Shown here in pieces: positions 51,437 to 60,691 of a stretch of DNA of 64,000 nucleotides (within the stretch, counting starts at the first letter, position 1; each line of letters starts with the position of its first letter). The notes beneath the pieces are model-generated. The model saw nothing but the letters and a program-made list of their open reading frames with translations, did not search any database and was not told the origin of the DNA. Position numbers and translations under genes: made by a program. The stretch is from Promethearchaeia archaeon. GTDB taxonomy: Archaea; Asgardarchaeota; Lokiarchaeia; Sigyniarchaeales; SOKP01. The stretch spans positions 64,001 through 128,000 of the forward strand of contig JAHQWL010000052.1 in NCBI GenBank assembly GCA_029856155.1, given 5' to 3'.

Positions 51437-52891
51437 TTACGATTTTTCTAAATGGAATATACCTGAAATAATCGATAATACAGCACCAATTAATAAGAAT
51501 AAACCCATTAAAAAGATACTTAAATCTCCTAAATCAATGAAATTGTAAAATACGCCCATTGAGATGATTATAAAAAAAACACCCATACCAATTAAGATTC
51601 CTCCAAAAAATTTAGAAGCACGATAGATAGCTGATAATACTTCTAATCTATGAATTCGGCTTTCCTTATCTCTAATTTCTTTCTCTTGACTTTCTAATTC
51701 TATTTTCAATTTTTGCAAGATTGTTCTAGAATCATTGGTACTGTTTTCAATTGCTTCTTTTGCTTTATTTAATTTCTCATGATCGGTTTCCAGACGTTTT
51801 AATTTTTCTGTTAATGCTTCTAAGCGCTTTTCTCGTTCAATATATTCTGTATTTGATGTTTCAATGTCTTTTTTTAATTCAGCTACCCGTTTTTCATTTG
51901 CTTCGATTAAATTTTCCTTTGAAATGATTTGTTCAATCAAAGAATTGGCTGAGCCATTAAGTTCCTGTATACGAGATTCAATCTCTATCATTTGTTGTTG
52001 TTTATCAGCTAACTGTATTTTATATTTAGCAAGAAGTTCCTCATATGTTTCTCTTTGTTTTTCCATTTCAGGAAAACCCTCTTTGTATTCTTCTAGCCTT
52101 GATTCAATTTCTTTAATTCTTCTTTCTTTTTTATCAATTTGTTCAGTAAGCAGATTTTTTTCTTCTTCTTTTGCTTCAATTTCTGAATTTGAATGTTCTA
52201 ATTCAATTTTATTCTTGCTAATAGAGACTCGCAAAGTCTCATTTTCAGCTCGTTGACTCTTTAATTTCTTTTCTATTGCTTCCGCTTCTTCTCTTTGCTT
52301 TTCAAGTAACTCTTCGCTCGTTTGGATCTCTTGATTCATTTTAGATAATTTAGTGCGAAGTTCATCTTGAGTAGTAACCTTTTCTTTTATTGAATCTGTA
52401 AGTACAATTAAATCTACTTGTCTAGTCTCGTACTGTTTTACTAATTGTTCATTATTTTTCAAAAGTTCCATGAAATCTTGTTCCAAATTCTCTTTACTTT
52501 CTGTAGTAATGCTTAATCTCTCCTCTATATTACTCATCTCATCAGTTTTACTATTATATTTTTCCTCAAGCTCTTTTATTGTTTCTTCTATCGCATTAAG
52601 ATATTCTTCTTTATCATCTATCTTTTTATTAAGAGAATTTAGTTTTTCTTGAGCTTGTTTTATTTCTTCGCTAACTTCTTCGATAGCTTTCTTCTCAATC
52701 TCTTTTTCTTCTACTGCTTCTCCATTTGTTATGGTCCCTGATATATCTTCAATACTATTTTCGAATGTTCTTAGTTTTTTATCTATCATATCTCTTGAGT
52801 TTTTAGCTTTAGATAAAAATTCCTTATCAACTCTGTCCGTTTCCTTTTCCGACTTACTTTCCTTTTCTTCTCCGTTAAATTCGTCTGTCAT
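51437..52891 (-). CDS. Long coiled-coil protein with two C-terminal TM helices
   Basis: ~420 aa E/K/Q heptads, no Walker motif, then two hydrophobic helices. Confidence 0.78.
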   Translation of the reverse strand: MTDEFNGEEKESKSEKETDRVDKEFLSKAKNSRDMIDKKLRTFENSIEDISGTITNGEAVEEKEIEKKAIEEVSEEIKQAQEKLNSLNKKIDDKEEYLNAIEETIKELEEKYNSKTDEMSNIEERLSITTESKENLEQDFMELLKNNEQLVKQYETRQVDLIVLTDSIKEKVTTQDELRTKLSKMNQEIQTSEELLEKQREEAEAIEKKLKSQRAENETLRVSISKNKIELEHSNSEIEAKEEEKNLLTEQIDKKERRIKEIESRLEEYKEGFPEMEKQRETYEELLAKYKIQLADKQQQMIEIESRIQELNGSANSLIEQIISKENLIEANEKRVAELKKDIETSNTEYIEREKRLEALTEKLKRLETDHEKLNKAKEAIENSTNDSRTILQKLKIELESQEKEIRDKESRIHRLEVLSAIYRASKFFGGILIGMGVFFIIISMGVFYNFIDLGDLSIFLMGLFLLIGAVLSIISGIFHLEKS

Positions 52892-53187
52892 TTTATAATT
52901 GTTGGGTTATGATAATTAATACCTCATATAGAATTAGAATATGTAAATTTAATTAATTTTTGAAAATGCAAAATTTTTGGTTAAATATGTCTCGATTTAA
53001 ATAATCGATCATTATAGATATACACATCTAATAAGTTTCTTATGTTAAAATACTTATTCAGATATTTAAATGTTGATTTTTTCTGTACTATATTTAGGCA
53101 ATAGGATAAAATTAATGAATAAATTTATATATGATTATGTTTTAAATGGTAAATTGGATTATTCTAAATCGATAAACAAATATTTAT

Positions 53188-53271
53188 GGGGTTTATGTGT
53201 CTTTTGACCGGATTGAATGATATCGGTAATACTTTATCTATGATTCGCGTTTGAGCAGGCACATTAACCCC
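53188..53271 (+). ncRNA. Candidate structured small RNA (84-nt imperfect hairpin)
   Basis: GGGGTTTATGTGTCT pairs with AGGCACATTAACCCC; inner CGGATT/GATTCG; GC-richer than flanks; followed by a T-rich tract. Confidence 0.45.
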
Positions 53272-53301
53272 TCCTAATTTCTTTTTACTTTATAGGTTTT
53301 G

Positions 53302-54276
53302 CTAACCTATTTTTTTTTCCATCAATTTAATAGCATCTTCATATGAAGTATTAGCCATGGGACCAAAAGATTCAACCTTAAGAGCTCCAACCGCATTTGC
53401 GAATGTACCACATTTGCAAAAATCCCAACCTGCTAAGTATCCAATGATAAAAGCACCCCCAAAAGAATCACCTGCTCCGGTGGGATCTCTTTCAACTGCT
53501 TTATATCCTTTAACATTTTGACCTTCATATTCATCAGAAGTAAAAATAGTACAACCTTCTTTTCCTTGTTTTAACACAACCATTTCTGGTCCCATCTCAA
53601 GTAATTTTTGGCAAGCATTTTTTGATCCATTTACTCCAGCTAGCATTTCAGCTTCCTCTCCACTCGGAAGTAAAATTTTTGTATTTTCTAAGACAGGTAT
53701 GCTCATCTCTAAAATGGTTTTGATATCTAACATTTCAGGTCTAATATTTGGATCAAATGAGATTATAACATCTGAATTAAATTCTTTTGCGATTTTTATC
53801 GCTTTATAACATGCATCTCGAGATTTTTTACTAATTGAAAGTGCACTTCCCATAATGTGGAGATTTTTTATATTCTTGAAGAATTCTGCTCTAACATCCT
53901 CTGGAGATGTTTCTCCAGCAGCACCTTTTGCAAAAATAAACTTACGAGAACCATCAGAATTATATTGATTGAACGCGATTCCAGTTGTTAATTTTTCACT
54001 GATTCTAATTTGTGAAGTTTCGATCTCATCATTTTTTAATTTTTCAATTATGCATAACCCAAATTCATCATTTCCTATTACTCCAATAATTCCTGTTGTA
54101 AATTTAAAAGTCTTTCCCATACGAGCTGCTGTATCAATATATATTGCTGGTGCTCCACTAGGGAATGGTCCCCTATATATAGCTCCAAGATTTCCATGCG
54201 GAGTATCTTTTTCTTCACGCATGATTTCTACTAGTAATTCACCAAGAGAAATTATATCCGGATACATCATTACCAT
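53302..54276 (-). CDS. PfkB-family sugar kinase
   Basis: GELLVE, PSGAPAI, FDPNIR, DPTGAGDSF. Confidence 0.9.
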   Translation of the reverse strand: MVMMYPDIISLGELLVEIMREEKDTPHGNLGAIYRGPFPSGAPAIYIDTAARMGKTFKFTTGIIGVIGNDEFGLCIIEKLKNDEIETSQIRISEKLTTGIAFNQYNSDGSRKFIFAKGAAGETSPEDVRAEFFKNIKNLHIMGSALSISKKSRDACYKAIKIAKEFNSDVIISFDPNIRPEMLDIKTILEMSIPVLENTKILLPSGEEAEMLAGVNGSKNACQKLLEMGPEMVVLKQGKEGCTIFTSDEYEGQNVKGYKAVERDPTGAGDSFGGAFIIGYLAGWDFCKCGTFANAVGALKVESFGPMANTSYEDAIKLMEKKIG

Positions 54277-54345
54277 TGAATCTCTATCTAATTTAATTAT
54301 TTTAAAAAAAGATTTTTTTTCATAAGAAAAAATTATCTGAAAACC

Positions 54346-55185
54346 TTATTTTATGAATTTCTGTTTAAAGGCTTCGATAGTGCTTGAAATTTCATTAATA
54401 TGAAGTTTTAGTTCTTTTGGATGCAATTGTTTCAATTTATCTAAATTATCAATAATATCTTTCATTTCATCAATCCATAAATTCATGAGAATTTCCTTCT
54501 CTTTGTTTTTGCATGCTAGTTTTATTTCTTCATCAATCCACTCTTTAGCACTTTCGTGTATCTGTCTTTTAAGTACATCCACAGTTATTTTGACTAAATC
54601 TTGTTCACTTTTAAGATTCTCCAATATAGGTTTAAGATTGTTTTTATACTCTATATTTTCTTCATTAAATTTTTTAAACATATCTCTAAGAATATCTTCT
54701 TTAGTATCAAAATCTTCTTTAACAACATTCAGATTATCTGAAAAATCTTTATTCATTAGTGTTATATTATCTTTAAGAGCCTTTATTTCATTTTTAAAAT
54801 TATCTATACGTTCATTTAACTTTTTATCAAATGTTTTAAATTTTTCTTCTACTTCCAATTTAATCCTTTTAAAGTTTTCATCCATTTTGCGATCAAGATT
54901 AGTGTATTTTTCTTTTAATTCTTCTTCCAACATATTCGCTAAATCTTCAATTTTCTTATTAGTTATATTTCCTTGTTTATCCCCTTTCAGATCCAATTGT
55001 ATGACTTGTTCTTTTACTTGTTGTTCTAATTTATTGATATGATCGGCTAATTTCTTTTCTAGATTATTAGCTTGATCACTTATTTTTTGTGGAGTCTTTT
55101 TAGATAGCTCATTCAATTTTTGATCTAATTTACTAACTTGCTCTTTTAATTTCTGATAATCCTTTAAATTAATTTCTTCCGACAT
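54346..55185 (-). CDS. Coiled-coil protein
   Basis: Helical K/E/D-rich heptads; GAGG RBS. Confidence 0.7.
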   Translation of the reverse strand: MSEEINLKDYQKLKEQVSKLDQKLNELSKKTPQKISDQANNLEKKLADHINKLEQQVKEQVIQLDLKGDKQGNITNKKIEDLANMLEEELKEKYTNLDRKMDENFKRIKLEVEEKFKTFDKKLNERIDNFKNEIKALKDNITLMNKDFSDNLNVVKEDFDTKEDILRDMFKKFNEENIEYKNNLKPILENLKSEQDLVKITVDVLKRQIHESAKEWIDEEIKLACKNKEKEILMNLWIDEMKDIIDNLDKLKQLHPKELKLHINEISSTIEAFKQKFIK

Positions 55186-55253
55186 TTTATTTATCCTCTT
55201 TGCAAATAAAACTTTTATATCTTATTTCTAGGCAACTTTTCCAATTCTTGTTT

Positions 55254-56243
55254 TTACGATTGATTTTTTTTAACTTTAGAGATAATCTTTACTAATTCAA
55301 ATTCTTCTATATTTAATTTCAATAATAAATCTACACTTGCTTCAAAATCTTTCTTAGTGGATGTAAAAAGATTTTTTAAGTTATTGATTAAATCTTTAAC
55401 TGGTTTACCAGACGATCTTTGTATATATTTTATTGTTTTGTTAAGTTCGGAGATATTAATTAGAAATTGATCCATAACTTCATTTTTATGTGTTTCATTT
55501 TTTTCTAATTCTTGTCTTAAAAAATCAAAATATTTTAGATCGTTGATTTCTTTATCGATAGTGCTTTCTTCCTTGACGCTCTGTTTTATCTTTACTTTCT
55601 CTACAGTTGAATCAACGTTGGTTAAATCTATCAATTGATATTTTAATTCTTCTTCATTTTTACCAATTAAATTTAGAAACGTTGTTGATGTATTGCTAGG
55701 AACATCATCAGGATTCAATAACTCTGCTTTTCTTAAAAATGTATAAATTAATAATTCAAAACATTTATTAACTCCTTCACCTGTTTTGGCAGAAATTAGA
55801 TATACATGATCTTTTTTAGTCAGTAACTCTTTTAATGTAGTATTAAGCTTTTTACTGTTAGAAATTAAATCCATTTTATTTCCAACTAATATTGTTATAA
55901 AATCATCAGAATATCGATTCAAATTTTCCAAAAACTCTTTTTTTAAATTTAAAAATGTTTCTTCGGGTTTTGTTAAATCAAAAACTAAAAGAGCTCCATC
56001 TGTATTGGTATATAATGTTGGATTAAAAGGATTGAATGACCGTTGTCCCCCTGCATCCCAAAGTGTAATGCTTAAAATTTTTTCTTTTTCTTTAAGTATA
56101 TATTTTTTTTTAGCTGTTTCATTACCAATCGTAGGCAAGTATTGTTCGGGAAATTCTTTCCCTAAAAAGGTATTTATAATTGAAGTTTTCCCTACAGATG
56201 CTTCTCCAAGAACCACTAATTTTAAATTAATAGAGCCTTCCAA
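55254..56243 (-). CDS. Rab/Ras-like small GTPase with long C-terminal helical extension
   Basis: GEASVGKTS, YLPTIG, WDAGGQ, GNKMD, SAKTG. Confidence 0.9.
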   Translation of the reverse strand: MEGSINLKLVVLGEASVGKTSIINTFLGKEFPEQYLPTIGNETAKKKYILKEKEKILSITLWDAGGQRSFNPFNPTLYTNTDGALLVFDLTKPEETFLNLKKEFLENLNRYSDDFITILVGNKMDLISNSKKLNTTLKELLTKKDHVYLISAKTGEGVNKCFELLIYTFLRKAELLNPDDVPSNTSTTFLNLIGKNEEELKYQLIDLTNVDSTVEKVKIKQSVKEESTIDKEINDLKYFDFLRQELEKNETHKNEVMDQFLINISELNKTIKYIQRSSGKPVKDLINNLKNLFTSTKKDFEASVDLLLKLNIEEFELVKIISKVKKNQS

Positions 56244-56559
56244 CTCATTAATCGCCTATAAAGAAATTTAAATTCTTTTTATTAAAAATTTACTGCTAAT
56301 TAAATATCCAATTAGAATTATTTTTATATAAAAACAAAAATGGAACTTATATTTAAATATATTTAAGAAACATACTCTTGGAACCTTCATGAACATGTTT
56401 CTAATTATTTAACCAAACAAAATAACATTTATTTAAAAAGAATGCTACCTAATAATCATTTTTAAATTGATAAAAGGTTTAAATTCTTTTCTTATTTTTC
56501 AATATCATTACTATAATATTATTATAAATATAGAAAAGAGTTAAAAGGGGTATAAGTAA

Positions 56560-57597
56560 ATGGGTTTAAAAACAAACATAACTGAAATGCTTGGAATTAA
56601 GCATCCAATTATAGCGGCGCCTATGGGCCCGTTTTACACTAAAGAATTAACTGTTGCGGTTTCTGAAGCAGGAGGTTTAGGTGTTTTAAGTCATACTAAT
56701 CTATTCGGGAAAAATAGCTTAGAAGAAATGAAAAAGGATATGGAATTTGTAATCGAGCATACTGATAAATCATTTGGTTTTAATGTAAGAACATCAAGAA
56801 TACAGTTAGATGCTCCAGGGCTCTGTCGTGGGATTTCAAGATTTATTATGGATAATCCGAAATTAAAAGAACAATGTATTTACGCAGTAACAAGTGCAGG
56901 GTCAGCTAAACAATTACCAAAAACAAAATCATTTCAAAGATTAAGAGAAAGTGGTTCTAATATTAAGCATTTTCACGTTGCTCCCGCATTATGGCTAGCT
57001 GGAAAGTGTATTGACGCGGGAGTTGATGGGGTTGTATTGACAGGATACGAAGGTGGAGGTCATCAATCTTACGAAAAAATTAGCACATTAGTACTCCTTC
57101 AACAAGTCAAGCGAAAATATCCAGATCTACCTTTTATAGCATGTGGAGGATTTGCAAGTGGAGAAGGTTTAGCTTCTGCATTAACAATGGGAGCAGGAGC
57201 AATTGCTATGGGTTCAAGATTTATCGCCTCAAAAGAGAGTGAATTTCATGAAAGTTATAAAAATGTTGTGCCATCTGCGAAATCAAGTGATACAATATAT
57301 GTAACAGGAGTACTAGGTCCAATACGACTTTGGAAAAATAATTATTCTTTACATCATGGAGTTGTTTCAAGTAAGGAAGAAAAGTTAGCAATGGAAGCAC
57401 AAATAACTCCCGCAATGGCATTAGAAGATCAGAAATTTTATGAAATAACTTATGACGGTAATATTAATGATGGAGCAGTTCTTTTAGGTCAAAGTATAGG
57501 TATGATTAATTCGATAGAAACAGTTCAAGATATTATTGATGATATCGTTAAAGGTGCGGAAAAAAGGTTAAAAGAAGCTAATTCATATATAATTTAA
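56560..57597 (+). CDS. Nitronate monooxygenase / FabK-like flavoprotein
   Basis: HPIIAAPMG, VSEAGGLG, GYEGGGH, ACGGF, MGSRF. Confidence 0.88.
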   Translation: MGLKTNITEMLGIKHPIIAAPMGPFYTKELTVAVSEAGGLGVLSHTNLFGKNSLEEMKKDMEFVIEHTDKSFGFNVRTSRIQLDAPGLCRGISRFIMDNPKLKEQCIYAVTSAGSAKQLPKTKSFQRLRESGSNIKHFHVAPALWLAGKCIDAGVDGVVLTGYEGGGHQSYEKISTLVLLQQVKRKYPDLPFIACGGFASGEGLASALTMGAGAIAMGSRFIASKESEFHESYKNVVPSAKSSDTIYVTGVLGPIRLWKNNYSLHHGVVSSKEEKLAMEAQITPAMALEDQKFYEITYDGNINDGAVLLGQSIGMINSIETVQDIIDDIVKGAEKRLKEANSYII

Positions 57598-57735
57598 GTA
57601 TTAATTCAATAAACACTTAAATTATTTTTTTTCTTATTCTAAAATATTTTCTGATAAAATCTTCGTTAGAGAAAATGAATTCAAAAAAAAAATTCAAATT
57701 GCTTAGATATCTAATTAAAGTTCCTTATATTAAAT

Positions 57736-57966
57736 ATGGAGGTGTTTGTTATAGGTAAAAATGATGATGATGATGATATTGTTTATTGTAAAAATTGCCA
57801 AAAGGAAATACTCCAAAAAAACGCAATTTATGTAGGTGGAAAACCTTATTGTAAAAAATGTTATCGTGATGCTGAAGAGTATGAGATCATTGAAGATGCT
57901 GAAGAAGATGATGACGACGATGATGATGACGACGATGATGATGATTACGATGATGATGATGATTAA
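57736..57966 (+). CDS. Small LIM-like zinc finger with poly-Asp tail
   Basis: CKNCQKEI......GGKPYCKKCY followed by an acidic tail. Confidence 0.65.
   Translation: MEVFVIGKNDDDDDIVYCKNCQKEILQKNAIYVGGKPYCKKCYRDAEEYEIIEDAEEDDDDDDDDDDDDDYDDDDD
57907..57963 (+). repeat. (GAY)n trinucleotide tract encoding poly-Asp
   Basis: 18 GAT/GAC codons interrupted by one TAC. Confidence 0.9.
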
Positions 57967-58005
57967 ACTATATACAATAGGAATACACATATTTAATTGA
58001 TATAA

Positions 58006-58482
58006 ATGGCAAGTAAAAGACAAGAAATTGGACCATACGATTATATTGAGTATTTTAAGCGAAATACAGCTTTAATGGTCTCGATGGATAAAAATGGAAA
58101 ACTTAATGTTATGGCTTTAGATTGGAAGACTATTGAAGAATTAGATGGTATCCCTGTTATTAGAGCACAGGTAGCGTATAGTCGATATACTTATCAATTA
58201 CTCACTGAGGGAGTTAATGAATTTACTGTAAATATACCCTCAGAGAATAATTATGAGGCAATAGATATTGCGGGTTCTTATTCGGGTAGAAATACTAACA
58301 AATTCAAACAAGCAGGATTGGAAACCATTCCGGGAAAAAAAACAAAAGTACCTACAATAAAAGATTGTATTTTAAGCTATGAATGTCAAATTATTCATAC
58401 GAGTAAATCAAATATGAGCAGTCACCATTATTTTTATGGAAAGATTCTAACTGCTTATGCATCTAATGAAATTACCAAATAA
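58006..58482 (+). CDS. Flavin reductase-like protein
   Basis: NVMALDW, RYTY, EFTVNIP, GSYSGRN..KF, YEC. Confidence 0.85.
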   Translation: MASKRQEIGPYDYIEYFKRNTALMVSMDKNGKLNVMALDWKTIEELDGIPVIRAQVAYSRYTYQLLTEGVNEFTVNIPSENNYEAIDIAGSYSGRNTNKFKQAGLETIPGKKTKVPTIKDCILSYECQIIHTSKSNMSSHHYFYGKILTAYASNEITK

Positions 58483-58502
58483 TTTTTTATTTTATTATAA
58501 AA

Positions 58503-58913
58503 TTATTTTTCACAAAAACACCCTGAACTGTTTAAAATCTTTTCACCGCAAGGGCATTCTTCGGGATGGTCATATTTTTCACAGATTTTATTTATTGTTT
58601 CACATGAAAAAAGTAAGCTAAATTTTTCACTTTCATTGTGAGCTTTAGTTGGATGGAGTCCTAATTCATTATATAACAGAACTTCGAGAAGCCTGCTATG
58701 TCGGTTCAATTCTTTTGCTAATTCAATACCATTTTTAGTTAAATCTACTTCATAATATGGTTGATAATTGACAAAATTACGTTGTTTTAGTCTTTTAATA
58801 CAACTACCAAGAGTAGAATGTGGTAGGTTTAACTCTTTTTTTATTTCGCCAATTTTCATTGATTTCTGTGATTTAAATAAAAACTTTATAACAAGACAAT
58901 CTAAATCTATCAT
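58503..58913 (-). CDS. DtxR/MntR-family metal-dependent regulator
   Basis: HTH; YQPYYEVDLTKNG; RHSRLLE; HPEECPCG. Confidence 0.82.
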   Translation of the reverse strand: MIDLDCLVIKFLFKSQKSMKIGEIKKELNLPHSTLGSCIKRLKQRNFVNYQPYYEVDLTKNGIELAKELNRHSRLLEVLLYNELGLHPTKAHNESEKFSLLFSCETINKICEKYDHPEECPCGEKILNSSGCFCEK

Positions 58914-58943
58914 TTTATAAACTCCTCCAGCATTATTGATTGA

Positions 58944-59702
58944 TTAATGTTCATGTCCTCCAACTATTAATATAAAGCCCATAATGATAATACCTAACAT
59001 TACTAAAATTAATTGTCTTATGATTTCTTTTGTACCTGTCTTTTCATGTAATTTTGGTGTTAAATCCGATAATGCTATGTAAATAAAACTAGCTGCTGAG
59101 ATTGCTAAAAATATTGGTGTAAGAAAGGCAAAAATACCAATAATATAATAGCTAATAATAGCAGCTGGTATTGTAGATAAGCTAGATATTAAATTATAGA
59201 TGAATGCTTTTTTTTTTAGCATTCCACCGTGAAGGAGTATGCCAAAATCGCCTATCTCCTGAGGTATCTCATGAATTATTATTGTAATACCGACTGCAAT
59301 ACCGATATTAAAATCTGTAATAAAGGCAGTTGCAATAAGAACTCCATCTGTAAAATTGTGAAAAGCATCTCCTACAAGAATTATAGATGCTGTAGCATTA
59401 CTATGAACTTCACAACTGTTATTTTGACAATTCCGCCAAATTAGAAATTTTTCTAAGAAAAAGAAAAATAGAATACCTCCTAATATAAAATACATGATTG
59501 AATGAGGGTCACCTGGTGAACTCTCGATCGCTTCAGGAATTAAACCTAAAAATGAAGCAGTAAGTAATGTTCCTGTCGCAAATGAAATTAAAGCAGAAAC
59601 GATTCTCTTTTGCATATTTTCTTTAAAAAGAATGAAGCCTGAAGCTGCTAGTATAGCCCCAACACTTCCAAAAATACTAAACAAAATAATCCAAATTAAC
59701 AT
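58944..59702 (-). CDS. ZIP-family metal transporter
   Basis: GDAFHNFTDG, HEIPQEIGD. Confidence 0.92.
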   Translation of the reverse strand: MLIWIILFSIFGSVGAILAASGFILFKENMQKRIVSALISFATGTLLTASFLGLIPEAIESSPGDPHSIMYFILGGILFFFFLEKFLIWRNCQNNSCEVHSNATASIILVGDAFHNFTDGVLIATAFITDFNIGIAVGITIIIHEIPQEIGDFGILLHGGMLKKKAFIYNLISSLSTIPAAIISYYIIGIFAFLTPIFLAISAASFIYIALSDLTPKLHEKTGTKEIIRQLILVMLGIIIMGFILIVGGHEH

Positions 59703-59722
59703 TATTTATCAATTCAGTTTCG

Positions 59723-60478
59723 TTATAATATGGATTTTAACATAAATATTAATATCATTGTAATTATTCCAGCAAACAGTAAAATCAGTTGTCTTAAGCT
59801 ATGTTTTAATCCTAATTTTTGATGCAATTCAGGTGTTAAATCTGATAAGGCAATATAAAGAAAACTTGCTGCTGAAATTGCTAGAACATAGGGAATTGCC
59901 AAGGAAATTAAATCTAAAAGAAAATACCCTATTATTGCAGCAGGTATGGTTGCAACTCCTGAAAGAAGATTATATAAAAAAGCTTTTTTTTTTGAATAAT
60001 TCTTATCAATGAGTATTGCTAAATCGCCAATCTCTTGGGGAATTTCATGAGCTATAACAGAAAGACTAATAGCAATTCCAAAAGTAAAATTAATTAAAAA
60101 AGATGCGGCAATTACAATACCATCTACAAAATTATGAAATGCATCACCTATAAGAATAACTGGACCTGCAGCTTCACCCGTTACAACACACTCAGCGTCG
60201 TGACAATGACGCCAAATGACCAATTTTTCAAGAATAAAAAAAAATATAAGACCTCCTAAAAAGTATGTCATTACAATTTGTATTGCATCTCCCGCTTTCG
60301 ATATAGCTGTAGGAATCATTCCCAATGATGCTGCGGCTAGTAACGTACCCGTAGCATAAGCAACCAAACTGGAAACTAGTGATTTTTGAATATTTTTAGT
60401 TAAATTAAGAAAAATAAAAGCTAAAACTATAGCTCCAATACTCCCTAAAACACTAAACAATATAATCCATAGAAGAAT
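59723..60478 (-). CDS. ZIP-family metal transporter, tandem paralog (ATT start)
   Basis: GDAFHNFVDG, HEIPQEIGD; N-terminus (I)LLWIILFS aligns with paralog MLIWIILFS. Confidence 0.9.
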   Translation of the reverse strand: MLLWIILFSVLGSIGAIVLAFIFLNLTKNIQKSLVSSLVAYATGTLLAAASLGMIPTAISKAGDAIQIVMTYFLGGLIFFFILEKLVIWRHCHDAECVVTGEAAGPVILIGDAFHNFVDGIVIAASFLINFTFGIAISLSVIAHEIPQEIGDLAILIDKNYSKKKAFLYNLLSGVATIPAAIIGYFLLDLISLAIPYVLAISAASFLYIALSDLTPELHQKLGLKHSLRQLILLFAGIITMILIFMLKSIL

Positions 60479-60537
60479 TTATTATCACTTCAAATAGAAA
60501 TAAAATTATTTTTTTTAGTTTTTTAATTAATAAAAAT

Positions 60538-60555
60538 TTTACGATTCATCGTAAA
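60538..60555. promoter_or_regulatory. Candidate operator palindrome for the DtxR-like regulator
   Basis: TTTACGAT-TC-ATCGTAAA, just downstream of a minus-strand TTTATAT box (60577-60571) preceding the zip-zip-dtxR genes. Confidence 0.6.
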
Positions 60556-60691
60556 TTTTTACATAAAATCATATAAATTAATCTCTATTAAATTTTCTCA
60601 CAAAAGAACAAAGGTTGTCAAAAGGACTTAATAATAAAAAAACCCAATTAATTAATAAATCAAAATTAATATTTGTCTTAGAGGTTATTTC

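Noticed and set aside
51437-52891. SMC/Rad50 call for the coiled-coil proteins
   Set aside because: No Walker A/B, hinge or zinc hook.
53188-53271. SECIS element
   Set aside because: The stem above the AUGA/UGA motifs does not pair in SECIS register, and no adjacent same-strand UGA-containing selenoprotein gene is evident.
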